The notes under the pieces were generated by a model, which saw nothing but the letters and a program-made list of their open reading frames with translations, had not been told where the DNA came from and did not search any database. A stretch of 61,237 nucleotides of DNA from Catajapyx aquilonaris (Eukaryota): NCBI GenBank assembly GCA_000934665.2, contig JYFJ02002196.1:1-61237 (forward strand), in the 5' to 3' direction. A program made the position numbers and the translations under genes. Below, one piece after another: positions 47,196 to 61,034 of this stretch; position 1 is the stretch's first letter; every line of letters begins with the position of its first letter.

Positions 47196-48468
47196 ATGCC
47201 AGGCCCGAAAGTGGAAGTCGTGGTGGAATCAATCAACCACTTGGGGGAAGGTCCTCACTGGTGCGAAAAACGCCAGCAGCTCTACTTTGTGGACATCTTC
47301 CGACAAAACGTCCACAGATATGACCCATCCAACAAGAAGCATTTCAAGGCCCACATTGGTAAGTATACATATTTATCTATTTTAGACCAAATTAATTATG
47401 ATGATCTAACACAATTTTGTGCGCAGATGGCAACCCAGTGGGATTCATCATTCCGGTTAAGGATGAAAAGGACAAATTCATGATTGGTAACGGCCGAGAT
47501 ATTTGTGTGATGGAATGGAACGGGTCTGACCCATCGCCTGCTAAGGTCAAGCCAGTCATCACCGTGGATGACCAAACCCCTACCAACAGATTCAACGACG
47601 CCAAATGCGACTCTTCTGGACGCCTCTGGGCTGGTACGTGTAATTGCTTACAATTAGTGCAAAAGATTGCAACTTCTGCATCATGGAGGTAAAATAATGG
47701 GCAAGTATACGCATAATCAGAGCTGTGATTTTCAGGTACAATGGGAAGTGAGCTGACTTTGGGCAACTTGGACCGCAAAAAAGGAGCTCTGTATTCAGTG
47801 GATGCTGATTTTTCCGTCAAAAAACATTTTGACAAGATCGACATCGCCAATGGCCTGGCTTGGAATGACGGCATCGGAATCATGTATTACATCGATTCCT
47901 TCTGCTACAGTGTGGACGCTTTTGATTTCGACATCAACAAGGGAAGAATCGGTAAGCAATATAATTGCTCCTTATATTATTATCATCGTCTTCTAATAAT
48001 TGAATTCCGCCAACAGAAAATCGACGGACAGCGTTTGATCTGAAATCAAATGGAATTAAGGGAATTCCAGACGGAATGACGATTGACACAAGCGGAAAAC
48101 TGTGGGTGGCTAATTTCCAGGGCAGCCAGGTAAAGTGATATTATTAATTATTTCTAATGCATGCGATTATATATGCATAAATTATCGTGCGTTAGTTCTA
48201 ATTATAAATGGTGTCACTGTCATTTCAGGTGCTGAACGTGGATCCCGAGACAGGAAAAGTGGTGACCCGGGTCGAACTTCCTTGCAGTCACATTACTTCA
48301 GTGGCTTTCGGAGGTCCGCACATGGACATCATGTATGTCACTTCGGCTCAGCATTTCCTGACTCTGGAGCAGCTGGGAAAGGAGTCCACGGCAGGGTCAC
48401 TGTTCCAGGTCACTGGAACAGGCGCTAAAGGATTCCCTGGAGTCGACTTCGCCGGAGCTGTCCATTAA
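47196..48468 (+). CDS. RGN: Regucalcin / SMP-30 / gluconolactonase paralog 1
   Basis: [65 protein letters not shown]. Confidence 0.92.
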
Positions 48469-49900
48469 AATTTTTATAGCTCTGATCAGCGAAATGCCAA
48501 TTTTTCATTCTTCAATAATGAAGTACATTGTTGTGGATTAAATTACTTTTTATAAGCTTCACTGCTAGCTTGTTTGGACATTTTTCGGTGGTCTTAGGAA
48601 GAATATTTTAAATATAATATTCCAACCAGTAGTAGTTTCCTAACACGCGTGAGTCTAATCTTAAGTATCAAGAAAAATACAGACTGATCTGTAAACTGCT
48701 ACAAACACTAATATCTTAGGTCTTAAGTCTTACGAGTTTGTTGGATTTTTTGTGCGTGAGCTATTGTTAACTGCAAGACTCATTACTATATTGTAGCCTA
48801 ATGATCATACTTCCAATTAGAAAGAATTGCATGAAGACAATCACATTTACTACTTTTTGTGCACACACAGGCATTTTTATGACGAATTATGACGGCGCAG
48901 CCAATAAATATTCCTATAAAGTGTCTTCCATATTTTCTCAATCGACGAACAGGGTCACCCAATCAAGTCCTTTTTTATGAATAGCAACGAAGCTGTCAAC
49001 GAAGTAAAGCAAAAGGTGAGTGATGAGTTGTCTTTCAGAATCACCCCCTTCTAACAGCCTCAATGAATTTGGTTTATTAAGTTTCATTACTGCATCTTAT
49101 TGTAAAGTGCATAAATAATCAAGAATGCTACATCATTGTTATTAAAACGTAGTGTGATAAAACTCAAATTAATTATGTGCAGCAAAGTAAACAAACCAGA
49201 GCATGCAGTTATCTGAAGACAAATGTCAAACTGTGAAGTCATTCTTTCCTCAGATGACCCCTGTGTCATTGACTTGTCGTCATGACTTTATTGACAGCTT
49301 ATACGCGATTGTCGGACATTCATTATCAGAACGAAGGCCACACACTCCAGTTAGCTCCACCTGATTGAATGAGCGATCTGTACTTCAAACAATGTGATTG
49401 ACACTAACTGTGTCAAGGTTTTAGGGACCTCTAATGTAGAATTTTTCCAATCTTTTTAACCCTAAGGATTAATCAGGCCATTCCAGTAAACTAAATTAAC
49501 GGCAGTTGTCTGTTAGAGAAACAGCGTTTAGAAAGCATTATTCTGTGTTATGATTGTAATAATTTACCAATTGCACATGTACCATACTTAATATTAGATC
49601 ATGGTAATTCAGATAATAATAATAATCATAAGTGATCAATCGGAACAACTTGCGTAACGCACAATTTATATTCATCCCATGCGTTTTTCATTTCTTGTCA
49701 GCGCATGCGCTACATAGTCCTCTGACGTAATGCCAACACTCTGAGTCGAGCAGAGGTTAGCTGGCACATATATATTCCCAGTGAGTTAGTCTCAAAGCAG
49801 GACTGATATCTGGGAGTGCCTTTGATACACAGGGTACTTCGCGGGGAATTCTGAGTGTATGTATTCTACTCAGTCTTTACATTTCTGTTAGTGTAAAGCC

Positions 49901-49973
<73 letters not shown>
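49901..49973. repeat. (AAT)n microsatellite, ~24 units
   Basis: Perfect run ending 18 nt before the regucalcin-2 ATG. Confidence 0.97.
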
Positions 49974-49974
<1 letters not shown>

Positions 49975-49991
49975 TGCTTCAGTTTTGAAAA

Positions 49992-51390
49992 ATGCCTGGT
50001 CCTAAAGTAGAAATACTAGTGGAGGGACACAACTACCTGGGTGAAGGGCCTCATTGGAATGCAGGCGACAATAGCCTCTACTATGTCGATGTCGCTAGGC
50101 AGCACGTCTACCGATATGATCCGACCAACAATAAGAATTTCAAGACATATGTAGGCAAGTATTTTTTTGAAACACTACCTCATGAATTACCCGTAATTAA
50201 TGTTGCATCAAGGTCACTCTTCGAAAACAACGTCAGCAACAAAATAATACGTGTGATTAGTATAATAGCTAAAGTTCTGTCTGTTAATGTATGAAAACGA
50301 AGGATCTAAAAAAAATCTGGATAATTATTATTTACACGAACAATCGTGCAAATTTCAAGCTAATCGTTGTCCTTGGCATGCTTGCATCTTCTAAAATCAT
50401 GAAACAGAGGGCGGGAACGTGTCGATCGTCATCCCAGTGCAAGACAAGAAGGGCAAGTTCGTAATCACTCGCACCAAGGAAATATGCGTGATGGATTGGA
50501 ACGGATCTGATCCAAGGCCTTCCAAGGTGACACCCGTCACATCAGTGGACCCGGAATACCCAAAGAACAGGATCAATGATGGAAAGTGCGACCCGACAGG
50601 TCGCCTTTGGGCAGGTAAATATACTAATAATGGGACTTAAACGACACATTAATCGAATGCATATATAATCCAACAGGAACCATGAGCTTGCTTGAAAACT
50701 TGGACAACATGGCCAATGATGGTTCCTTGTACAGTCTAGACAAGGACTTATCGGTGCGAAAACATCTAAGCGATATTTATATCGCCAACGGACTGGCATG
50801 GAAAGATAACATCATGTACTACGTTGATACTCTCACGCATCGCGTTGATGCCCTTGACTTTGACTCTGACAAGGGAGTCATTGGTAAGCATTCACACACG
50901 CATATATAAAAATGGGATCCCTGTTCATTGGTTGCCAGGAGGTCAATCGACGTAGCTTAATTGATTGATTAATTGCAGCAAATAGACGTCCAGCCTTTGA
51001 CCTAAAATTGTCCGGAGTTAAAGGACTACCGGACGGAATGGCAATTGATGCCAGCGGGAAACTGTGGGTTGCATGCTTCAGAGGAGGACAGGTAATTGCC
51101 ACCCATGTACAGGGCAAACATTCAACGTTCTCATAATAATTATTTTGAAGGTGCTGAACGTTGATCCAGAGGTGGGCAAGCAGATTGGAAGTGTCCAGTT
51201 CCCCTGCAGCAACATCACTTCCGTTGCATTCGGAGGTCCTCATCTGGACGTCATGTACGTCACTTCCGCCACGCAGCTCCTCAGTTCGGATGAACTGGGG
51301 AATCAGCCTGCGGCGGGGTCACTCTTCCAGGTCACGGGGACAGGAGCTCGAGGATTGCCAGGGGTTTCTTTCGCAGGAAAACTGCCTTGA
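49992..51390 (+). CDS. RGN: Regucalcin / SMP-30 paralog 2
   Basis: [45 protein letters not shown]; first coding intron has a GC donor (50155). Confidence 0.92.
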
Positions 51391-51790
51391 AGTGTGGACA
51401 TGTCATGAAAGAGGAAGGATATTCCTTACTGTTTTGCCTTTTATTGTTACGCGAGACAAATATATGATTGTTGATCTTCATGACTGGCGTGCCATATTTT
51501 GATTTGTTTAAGTAACCCTTTTCTGGTTGCAGCATATGCCTGATTGGCTTATGAATATGAAAAATGACAAAATGAAATGTTCAGGCAGTTTCCAGGCAAC
51601 ATGGTTTTTGGGCAACAATATGGAGTAATTCCATCGGGACATAACGGGAGAGCTCCATTCTGGACTGTTTGTCGAAAAAGTGCAGTGAGATTTTAACACT
51701 GTTTCCATTTTTATCCAATTTCTCAGGTGGGGTAGTATAATATTAATTGTTGCATGTTTATAATATCCTATATATAGTTGATAGTGCAAG

Positions 51791-53287
51791 ATGGCCCGTG
51801 TGGAAGTAGCACTACGAGGGACAACCTATTCGGGTGAAGCACCCCACTGGGATGGGAACAGACAGAAGCTCTATTTTGTAGACATTTTTCGTCGGGAGGT
51901 CTATTCCTACGATCCTCGAAACAAAGATGTAGCAATGACATGTGTTGGTAGGCTTTTTAAAAAATTCATAACATATCACCACAGCATCATTGCAATTCCT
52001 TGTGTCAATAATTATCTTGCTTTCCCCTTCTATGCTATTCACCAGGAGAGAACTCCGTGTCATTTGCGATACCAGTACAGGGCAAGGCAGACCAGTTATT
52101 GATCAGTCGGGGCAAGCAATTGTGCGTCATGGATTGGAGTGGATTACATCACGAAAAACCTTCCCAGGTTAAGCATATCTATACTGCCGACAAAGATTAC
52201 CCAAATAACAGATTCAATGATGGAAAGTGCGATCCAACAGGGCGTCTTTGGGCAGGTAATGCATTCAAAAATATGTTTAAAAAATCGCACCGTGTTTACA
52301 ATCTAGGTGGGTACAATATAACTTAGTCAATGAACAAATATCATTTAGTGCTGAAAACCATTAACGTGCCTAAGCCTTAATTAAGTTATGAATTTTGCCA
52401 GGAACAATGAGCACAAATGAAAGTTTGTATGAAATGGCATGTGACGGCAGCCTGTACACCTTGGACCTGAACTTGGCCATAAAGAAGCATGTCTGCGGCC
52501 TGCAAATGTCCAATGGGTTGACGTGGCATGGCAACACCATGTACTTCACTGATTCTCTGACACGTCGCATCGATGCGTTTGATTGGAATTCGGAGGAAGG
52601 AAATATCGGTGTGTGAATACTTCTTTATCAACAAGTATCAAAACCAGCATATGACATTTACCAACAAAATCTTCCTTTCTCCTGAACCGTTTGAACAAAT
52701 CTTTCCATGAAGCTCATTCAAAAAACACACTAAATAAATTTCTTTAGAGACAATCAATCACCCCTTCAATTTTTTGCATGTCGTGATACCACATGTGTTC
52801 ACATATTTCCACAGTTCAAAGGAGAGAAGCATTTGCTCTGGATGAATTCAACCTTCCAGGAGTACCCGATGGCATGACAGCTGACTGTCACGGGAGGTTG
52901 TGGGTGGCATATTTTGGAGCAGGAAAGGTAAACACGAATACATTATTTTGTGATTATTATATTGTAAATGTTTTGCCAATAATTATTAAGGTGCTGTGTC
53001 TTGATCCCGTCGTCGGAAAAATGATTGGATCTATTGACATGCCTTGCACCAACGTCACGTCCGTGACTTTCGGAGGGCCTAGTTTGGACATCATGTACGT
53101 CACTTCCGCAACTCACGGACTCTCACTGGAGGAGGTTGGAAACCAGCCCTACGCAGGGTCAGTCTTTCAGGTAACCGGACTTGGAACACGCGGATGCAGC
53201 CCAGGAGTCCCATTCGCCGGAAAACTCTCGAGGTGGAAGGCTGAAGTCACCGTACCCTCGCCTGACACTGATAATGAAGTGCAATAA
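51791..53287 (+). CDS. RGN: Regucalcin / SMP-30 paralog 3 (C-terminal extension)
   Basis: [45 protein letters not shown]; extra tail SRWKAEVTVPSPDTDNEVQ*. Confidence 0.9.
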
Positions 53288-53634
53288 AATATATTCCATT
53301 TTCAGCCTATTTGTTTTGTTTGCCATCATCGCATCGGTGCAACATGCTTGTTGCCAACCGGTGATATTATAGCTTGTGTACAGTACCTATCAAAGTTCAA
53401 CGCACGAACTTTCTTTTTTATCACTTGAAGAATATTATCAAGCCAAGGACGCCGGGACATTGAAACCACCTCTAGGGGACTTTCAAGGTGAGATCGTGTG
53501 TGCAGTACAGACAGAAGCAAGGAAAGCACACCTGTTCAACTAAGGCACATATTCTGCACTAGGTAAGTAACGTTAAAGTAATCGAACCAGTGTTCATACT
53601 CAATTACTGCTTTTTCCAACAGGAAGTATATACA

Positions 53635-54996
53635 ATGCCAGGGCCTAAGGTAGAAATATTGCTGGAGGGCATCCATCATCTAGGTGAAGGTCCCCATTGG
53701 AGCTGGGAAAGCAAGCAGCTCTATAGCGTGGATGCTTTCCGGCAACATGTCTACAGATACGACCCTGCTAATAAATCCGTTGGAAAGACGTATGTCAGTA
53801 AGTACTCCGAGTTTTATGCCTCACAAACAGTACATCTCTATAAAAAATTCCCACCGCAATGATTTGCTGCTGGTAACACCTAAAATTGCAGTAAAAGGTG
53901 GACGTTCAAGGTCATTTTCATTTCACTCACGTCACGTTAATTAGATGTATTTATCTGCAAGTGGGTTTGAATAATTTATGAAGTACACATTTTGCTTTAT
54001 ACACTATAATAACACACATAAATAGTAAAGTGAGACCTTTTTGTTTAGATGGAGGACTTGTGGCTTTTGTTATTCCCGTGCATGGCAAAAAGGACACTTT
54101 TATGATCAGTCGACAGAAGCAAATATGCGCCATGAACTGGAACGGCACTGATGCTACACCCACGAAAGTGACACCAATGGTCACTGTGGAAGAGGACATT
54201 CCAAATAATTATTTTAATGACGCCAAATGCGATGCCAGTGGGCGCCTATGGTCAGGTCTGTATATACTCTGGTCTACTTCACTGTAATAGTCCTAACTAA
54301 TTATTGCTTTTTCTTCAGGCACAATGGCCAAAATAGACCCAGAAGTGATCCGCAAGGCTGGGTCATTCTACAGCATAGGAAAGGACTACTCAGTCAAGAA
54401 GCATTTCAATGAGGTGATGATTTCCAATGGAATGGCCTGGAACTCCGACAACACAATCATGCATTACATTGATTCCCGTACATACCGTGTGGATGCCTTC
54501 GACTTTGACCTCCACGAAGGCGCCATCAGTAAGTGCAATCAGTATGTCATCTTACCTGAAATGACACAAAAGTGATTTTTAGGTAACAGGCGAACAGTAT
54601 TTGACTTAAAAGCTAATGGACTGAAGGGCGATCCTGATGGGATGACAATCGACACAAATGGAAAGCTATGGGTCGCAACTTTTGGAGGCGGAAAGGTATA
54701 AAGCATTGATATTAATAATTAATAATTCAACATCACTTTTTTAAACATTTTCACAGGTTCTGAACATTGATCCTGAAACCGGAAAGCTCATTGGGCATGT
54801 CGAGTTTCCCTGCTCCAACATTACTTCGGTGACATTTGGGGGACCCAACTACGATGTGTTGTATGTCACTTCTGCCCTTTGTGGTCTTGACCTCGATCAG
54901 ATTGGAAAGGAACCAGCGGCCGGGTCGCTGTTTCAAGTGACCGGGTTGGGGGCAAAGGGATTTCCAGCTGTACATTTCGGAGGAAGTTCCGCCTAA
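53635..54996 (+). CDS. RGN: Regucalcin / SMP-30 paralog 4
   Basis: [45 protein letters not shown]. Confidence 0.92.
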
Positions 54997-55687
54997 TTAA
55001 AATCTGAATATTGTGGAGCCAATTTGCAATAAACGCAGTACCAGATTGTTCACATGGCAAACCAAAATGAGTTCTTGTTCCTAATAGCTATTTCATTGCA
55101 TCGCTAAATTATTATTTTTTGCAATAATTAGGCTGATGTCATATATTTCTCCTCGTGAAATAGAATCCCATTATTTCGTTTTAAATTTTCTCAATAGCGA
55201 TTGATAGGGTAATCAATTTCCAATCGTTTTGATCCTATCGACTGGATGGATGGAATTTTATGCTTAAATAATTGTTTAATTGCCTTAATTAAGTGAGCCT
55301 TTCACTAATATGGGTGTGTGCTCTTCAAGAGCAGGAAATAGTCAAAATAATTTGCAGAGGAAATGATAAATAATTGAGTGCAAACACCTACACACTCCTA
55401 ATGAAATCCCGCAATTAAAGAAAGCTAAACCCCGGTAAACATGTCAATCTAACTTGCAGTAAATTTTCCCCTTCCCACACGTCATGAATAAACACAAGCT
55501 TCTCCAAGTGGGGCCCGCCTCCGGTAATATGTCATCGTCAATTTGTAATACAGCTGTGGAAGGCAAACATATGGCCTGCGCCGGGTCTAGTGTAATGAAT
55601 TCTCCATGAGTCTTAAACGGCACAGGAGGAGAAACAATGGCTCGATATCAAGGGTAGTTTCTTCTGGGCTGGACGAAGGTCACTGTC

Positions 55688-57630
55688 ATGTACGGGCAGT
55701 TCCGTACCACCCAAACTGGGTTGGATCTGTCTGCTGGTTTCCAGCCAGGCGCTGTGGCACCGCTGGACCCGGTCATCTCCACCAGCAAGAATGGGTTCAA
55801 TACTCAGGGGCTGCAGAATCGCCGGTTTGCAAAGCCCGTGCTGCATCCCAGGGGATTAGAACCAGGAGCACACGTTTCGTACCCAGAGTCACTTAGAAAG
55901 GGGACAGTTCCTTTCAAGCTCTCGCTGCTTCTCACTGGAAGGTTTCCTTTCACGTTCACCACCAATCAGGACGGCAGCGCCACTTTCCGATACAATCTGC
56001 TCAGTATTCAGGTGAGATTGTCCATTTCTTATTATTGTAGGCCTACTATTGCTCAAAAATGCCCAAAAATCATAGAGCAACTATTTTACTTTTTGATGAA
56101 AATTACCGTCATATTGAACTATTCACATTTGCCATGCGCGGATTCAGGCCATATTTAATTAGACGATCATTTTGTTCCCAGGGCATCACCTTCTTATTGA
56201 CATCAGTCCTGGTGCTGGTCGCCCTTCTGATGTGTACTGTTGGTTTGTGCACCTTGATCATCGAAGACGCCAAGGGTTCGGAGCTAGCCAAGGCTGAGCT
56301 TCAGCAGATATGGGGCACGGCCATATCTTTCCTCCTTTTGGGCAACTCTCTTGTGAACGCGGCAGTGGGCAATGTCCACTTTCTGAAGAAGGGCGGCCGT
56401 CAGTTGGCCAGCTACTTGACCCACTGGAGCCGAGCAGTGTCCGAGATGAGGATAGACGTGTCCACCGACCTCTGGAAGTACACCTTCAAGCAGCTGGCGG
56501 TCATCCACGGGTTCGCTCTGGTGCTCATTGTACTCTACGTGTTCGACGCAAAGCCTGTCGTGCATGAGGGAGCCGATGACCTGACCATACTCATCTCACG
56601 CACGTTCGTCCCCGACCCGTACAACCATCCACACTTTAAGCACTTCAAGTTCATCGGATTTTGCATATTCATAATGTCCATCTACTCGTACATGGGAAAC
56701 ATACTGGTCTTCGTCTACACCAGTCAGATCCTGCGTTGTGGATTCCAGGTCTGGAACAAAAGATTCGACAGTCTTGTCTCTGCGGGTAAGTCTACATACT
56801 TGGTAATAACTCGGCTGATGTCATGTACGAGTCTGATAATAATCAACATAATATTGTATTTCAGACAAAATGAAAGAGGACAGAAGCTCGACACTGGAGC
56901 TGTACCAAGATCATAGCCATCTTCTTCAGCTGATAGAAGAAGCGAATGAGTTCTTTGCCCCGATTATGCAAACGTACTACGGATCACAGGTGCATTTAGC
57001 CTGAACATGTCTTTTTGTAAAAAAAAAAAAATGTTGTCTCATTTTCTCTCTCTCCAGATCTTGAACATATGTCTGGAAGTATATTTTCTGGTGACCTACG
57101 GCGGAGATGACCTGCGAGATGTGGCTGTGGGTTTGGCCATTATGATGCAAACGTGCTTCATATTTTACATGGTTTCCATAGCAGCCAGCACGATGCACGA
57201 AGAGGTATAATCTTGAACGACCCTTATGACCTTCTTGTTAGTGAACAGTGACTTTGCTATGCAGGCTCACGAAGGATTTGACATTCTCCGGAGATATAAC
57301 GTTCTGCGGGCACGCGATGAAAACGAGCGGATTTTCGTAAGAACCAAATATTTGGCATTGAAAATTTTCTCCGCCTACTTCTGCAAATGTGTTCACATGT
57401 ATCAATATTTCAGCTGAGATCAATGGCTACTAGTTATTCAGGACCACTAATATGCCTCACAGGAGGAAAATATTTCAACATACACAGACCCTTTATTCTC
57501 ACGGTAAATAAATCGCATAAGTTATTATTTCTTCCGGAACGCGTGGGAATAATCAGCTTTTATTTCCTTTCAGGTGATGGGATCAGTTCTTACTTATTTC
57601 ATCATCATACTACAATTCCGCACTGGATAA
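55688..57630 (+). CDS. Gustatory receptor (7TM chemoreceptor family) 1
   Basis: Multiple hydrophobic segments; short phase-0 3' exons ending LTGGKYFNIHRPFILT / VMGSVLTYFIIILQF (TY-x5-QF signature). Start codon uncertain. Confidence 0.87.
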
Positions 57631-58732
57631 AACGTGGCAGCAATCAGAGTATATTGGAACCCAACACAAAGCTTTCATGAAAACTGTACTTCTCATGAAA
57701 TATTCTATATTGTCTTGTAAATGATGAGGTGTCATGTTTCGTAACCCCAATAAAAATACCACCTCCCTCTCATTGAAAATACCTTATGGATGTTATGAAA
57801 AGCTTACCCTGGTACATCTTCGTTAAGGAATGTATTTGTTTATGTTATACGTGTATTTATAGATGTGACGCCTAATGGGCGAAACATGCAAATAAACAAA
57901 ACCACTGATAATAACAAGCCTTATTTGATGACGACTTCCTGATTTTCACATTGATTTTGATAACACGACATATTACCGTTAATCTCAACCAGCTAACAAT
58001 AACACAGATTCTTAGAGCATGGTGTCTTGAGGCTACAAACAAAGTCTTAACTTCTAGGACGATCAGAGAGAGAAACTGAGTTAGGCTTTTACGTGTAGTA
58101 ACCTAATCCTTCACGCGCACTTACTGATGGTCAAATAATTTTTACAATAATATATAACACTGCAGCCTCCTTTGAAAAATCAAGGAATAATGAAATCTGC
58201 AGATCTATTACCTCGAAATCACTTGAAAATGAGTGATCCTTTGACATTTCACAGCTTCATTTCATGATGAACGACAGAAAAAATCAATGTAAAATATTAT
58301 GATGTCATTAATACTATACTTATTGGTATCATACCATGCGTCTCTTGCTCTTCATATAAATTATTAATCCCTATGCCCCGGATAAGCCACAATTATTCCT
58401 AATCTCACGAGCTGCATTCCAATCTGAAATACTCAGATAAGCAGCGACGTCACGTTGAATAATCTACCCCCGAAGCAAGAGAAATATGGTTTCCATGTGA
58501 CCATAGACTGACCGTATATCTATCTACAATGACATTAAACATGATTTATAGTGTCACGGGCCTTCCAGAGTCCAGAACCATTCGACGGAAAAAACCCTAC
58601 GCGTTCTGGGCAGGCGGTTCAGCTTTGTTGATCTACAATCTGGTAATTTAGTGCCAAAAATCTGCAACATTGAGACTTTTTGTACAGTGAAAGTTTCAGT
58701 TCTGGCAGAAGTGTACGCTGCTCTCTTCAGCC

Positions 58733-60524
58733 ATGAAGTTATTCAATCACAAATCATTACAGGCGTCTACGAATGTGGAACCAGCCCACTTATCACCCCA
58801 AGAAAATCTGAGGAAAACCTCCAATGTCTTACGCCTCACACTTACACTTCTCGGCCGATTTCCATTCGCACTTCGAGAAAATCCGGACGGCACCGCCACA
58901 TACACGTTCAAACCCTTCAGTCTGACCGGAATCTACTTTCTGTACACCGTTGCAAGTGCAGTGGTCGCCTTGACCTTCACCCTCACCGGATTTCTGGGTG
59001 TGACCATCGCAGGCCGATCTGAGTTGTTGCCCAATGAAACATCGGCCACGGAGTTAACAACCATCGTGAGTCATGATGTCTCGACTGTTAATTCCACAAG
59101 CATCGCAGGAGATGATGAAATGTCAGAGGACGATACCATTGAGAAGTCGATCTTCACCTGCGTGGTCCTGACATCAGCTCTGGCCAACGCGACCACTTCT
59201 CTTCTTAGTGCTCTGGTGTTCGGGAAAGGTTTTGCCTCCTATTTGTCTCTGTGGAGTCGTCGAGTCATGCAAATGGAACTGGACATGGCGGAAGGACTAC
59301 GGAAAAAACTCATCAAGCAGGTAGCATAGCTACTCTTAAAGACCATTTGTCATCTCAAAGTTATATTGCATTCTCTCCTAATCACGAACGCAGGTAATGA
59401 TCTTCAACACACTGCTTACAATGTTGGGACTACTCGTCGCACTCAAGGTTCCCAGTGCAGTCAGAGAAACATTTGAAGCCTTCCTGTTGATCAACCTGCG
59501 ATCATTTCCTCAGTCGATACGCCACCATTTGTATCCTACTTACTACCCGTTCATCAGAGGAGTGGTTGTCATAGCCTTCGGGGGTTACAAGACCTTCACT
59601 GTCTTCTACGAGTTCTTTTGCTCCCTTCTCAAGAAAGGATTTTCTCTCTGGAACCAACGGCTTGAGGCTGCCCTGGAGCACGGTGTGCCAATAAGTAAGG
59701 TTGTAATAAAGTTGCCATTGATTCAATGTCAACTTCAATTGCAGGATTTGGACAACCTAACAAGCAGACGGCTGACGGAAGAATTCGCTCGTCTTACGAA
59801 GAGCTCTATACTGACCACTACCGACTTGTTAAGCTGGTGGACATGACAAATATTCTTTTTAAGCCTGCTCTGCTAGTGTACTATTCTACTCAGGTAAGCA
59901 TACATTTTGGCGTCAAAACTCTGAGTTGAATCAATATTGTCCTTTCAGATTGTAGTTCTTTGCTTCATATGCTTCTACATGGTCCATACCGCGAAGGATT
60001 CACCTGGATCTATCGCTACATGTGTCGTGGTTCTTGCTCAAAGCTTTGCGCTTGTGTACTCCATTTCTCTTCGTGGGAGCTACGTTTTTGAAGAGGTCAT
60101 ATTATGCATTTTGACATTTATATAATATATATCTGACAGCCTTACTTTCGGTTATTTGTTTTCAGGCCCATACTGGTTTTGAAATAATAAGGAAATATGG
60201 AGGTCCAAAAGCCCGCAGCGAAGAGGAGCTGCTCTTCGTAAGTCATATATATTACACTATTCGCACCAATAAAGCAGCAATTTTAATTATTTCCAACATC
60301 TCCTGCTTAGATGGAATCCTTAAGCATCAGCTACCTTGGCGAAACGATTCAACTCACGGGCGGAAAATATTTTGGCATCGATAGACCTTTTATGCAAGAG
60401 GTATGCGATCAAAATTAAATCACCAGCAAACAATAATATTATCACAAACACACCTTGATCTTTTTTGCAGATGGCAGGGACAGTGGTCACCTACTTTATC
60501 ATTATCATCCAGTTCTACGCTTGA
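58733..60524 (+). CDS. Gustatory receptor 2
   Basis: LLGRFPF N-terminal motif shared with GR1; ends LTGGKYFGIDRPFMQE / MAGTVVTYFIIIIQFYA*. Start codon uncertain. Confidence 0.87.
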
Positions 60525-60715
60525 TTTATTACATCCTAGGTTTCTCATTACAAACCTTGTATACACTTCAGTATATATTTTTTTGCATTAATTCGAGGCA
60601 ATAGCTACAAAATAATAATGAATCAGAGTCAATATATTTCTATGCCATAGGGCACATCCTCAATGTATAGTACACCTGTAAAGGACTTCCGCCAAATGTA
60701 GTGCTCAATAAAAAT

Positions 60716-60745
60716 AACAACAACAACAACAACAACAACAACAAC
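60716..60745. repeat. (AAC)10 microsatellite
   Basis: Perfect trinucleotide run. Confidence 0.95.
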
Positions 60746-61034
60746 GCAACGAATGCAAATAATATTGTAACCTAAATAAATTTCTCCTCGCAGTCAAGGA
60801 AGACAAGCAAAAAACTACGGTTAAAAAATCTTTTCCATTAGGCATTAATCTCGACGATTTATTTTGGTTTCTTAAAATTCAAAGTAATCAAGTACTAATA
60901 ACAAGTAACTTATACTGGTAGCCCTGAAGGCCTGAACTCTGAAACAAATCCAGAAGGGTTTGACACGTTTTGAATAGAGTCGCATTAGTGTCGAATCGTT
61001 GGTAGCAAATCACGTGTCATTAATGTCAAGGGTT

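Noticed and set aside
47196..54996. Luciferin-regenerating enzyme or bioluminescence cluster
   Set aside because: LRE belongs to this family, but there is no luciferase or other supporting gene and no PTS1-like ending.
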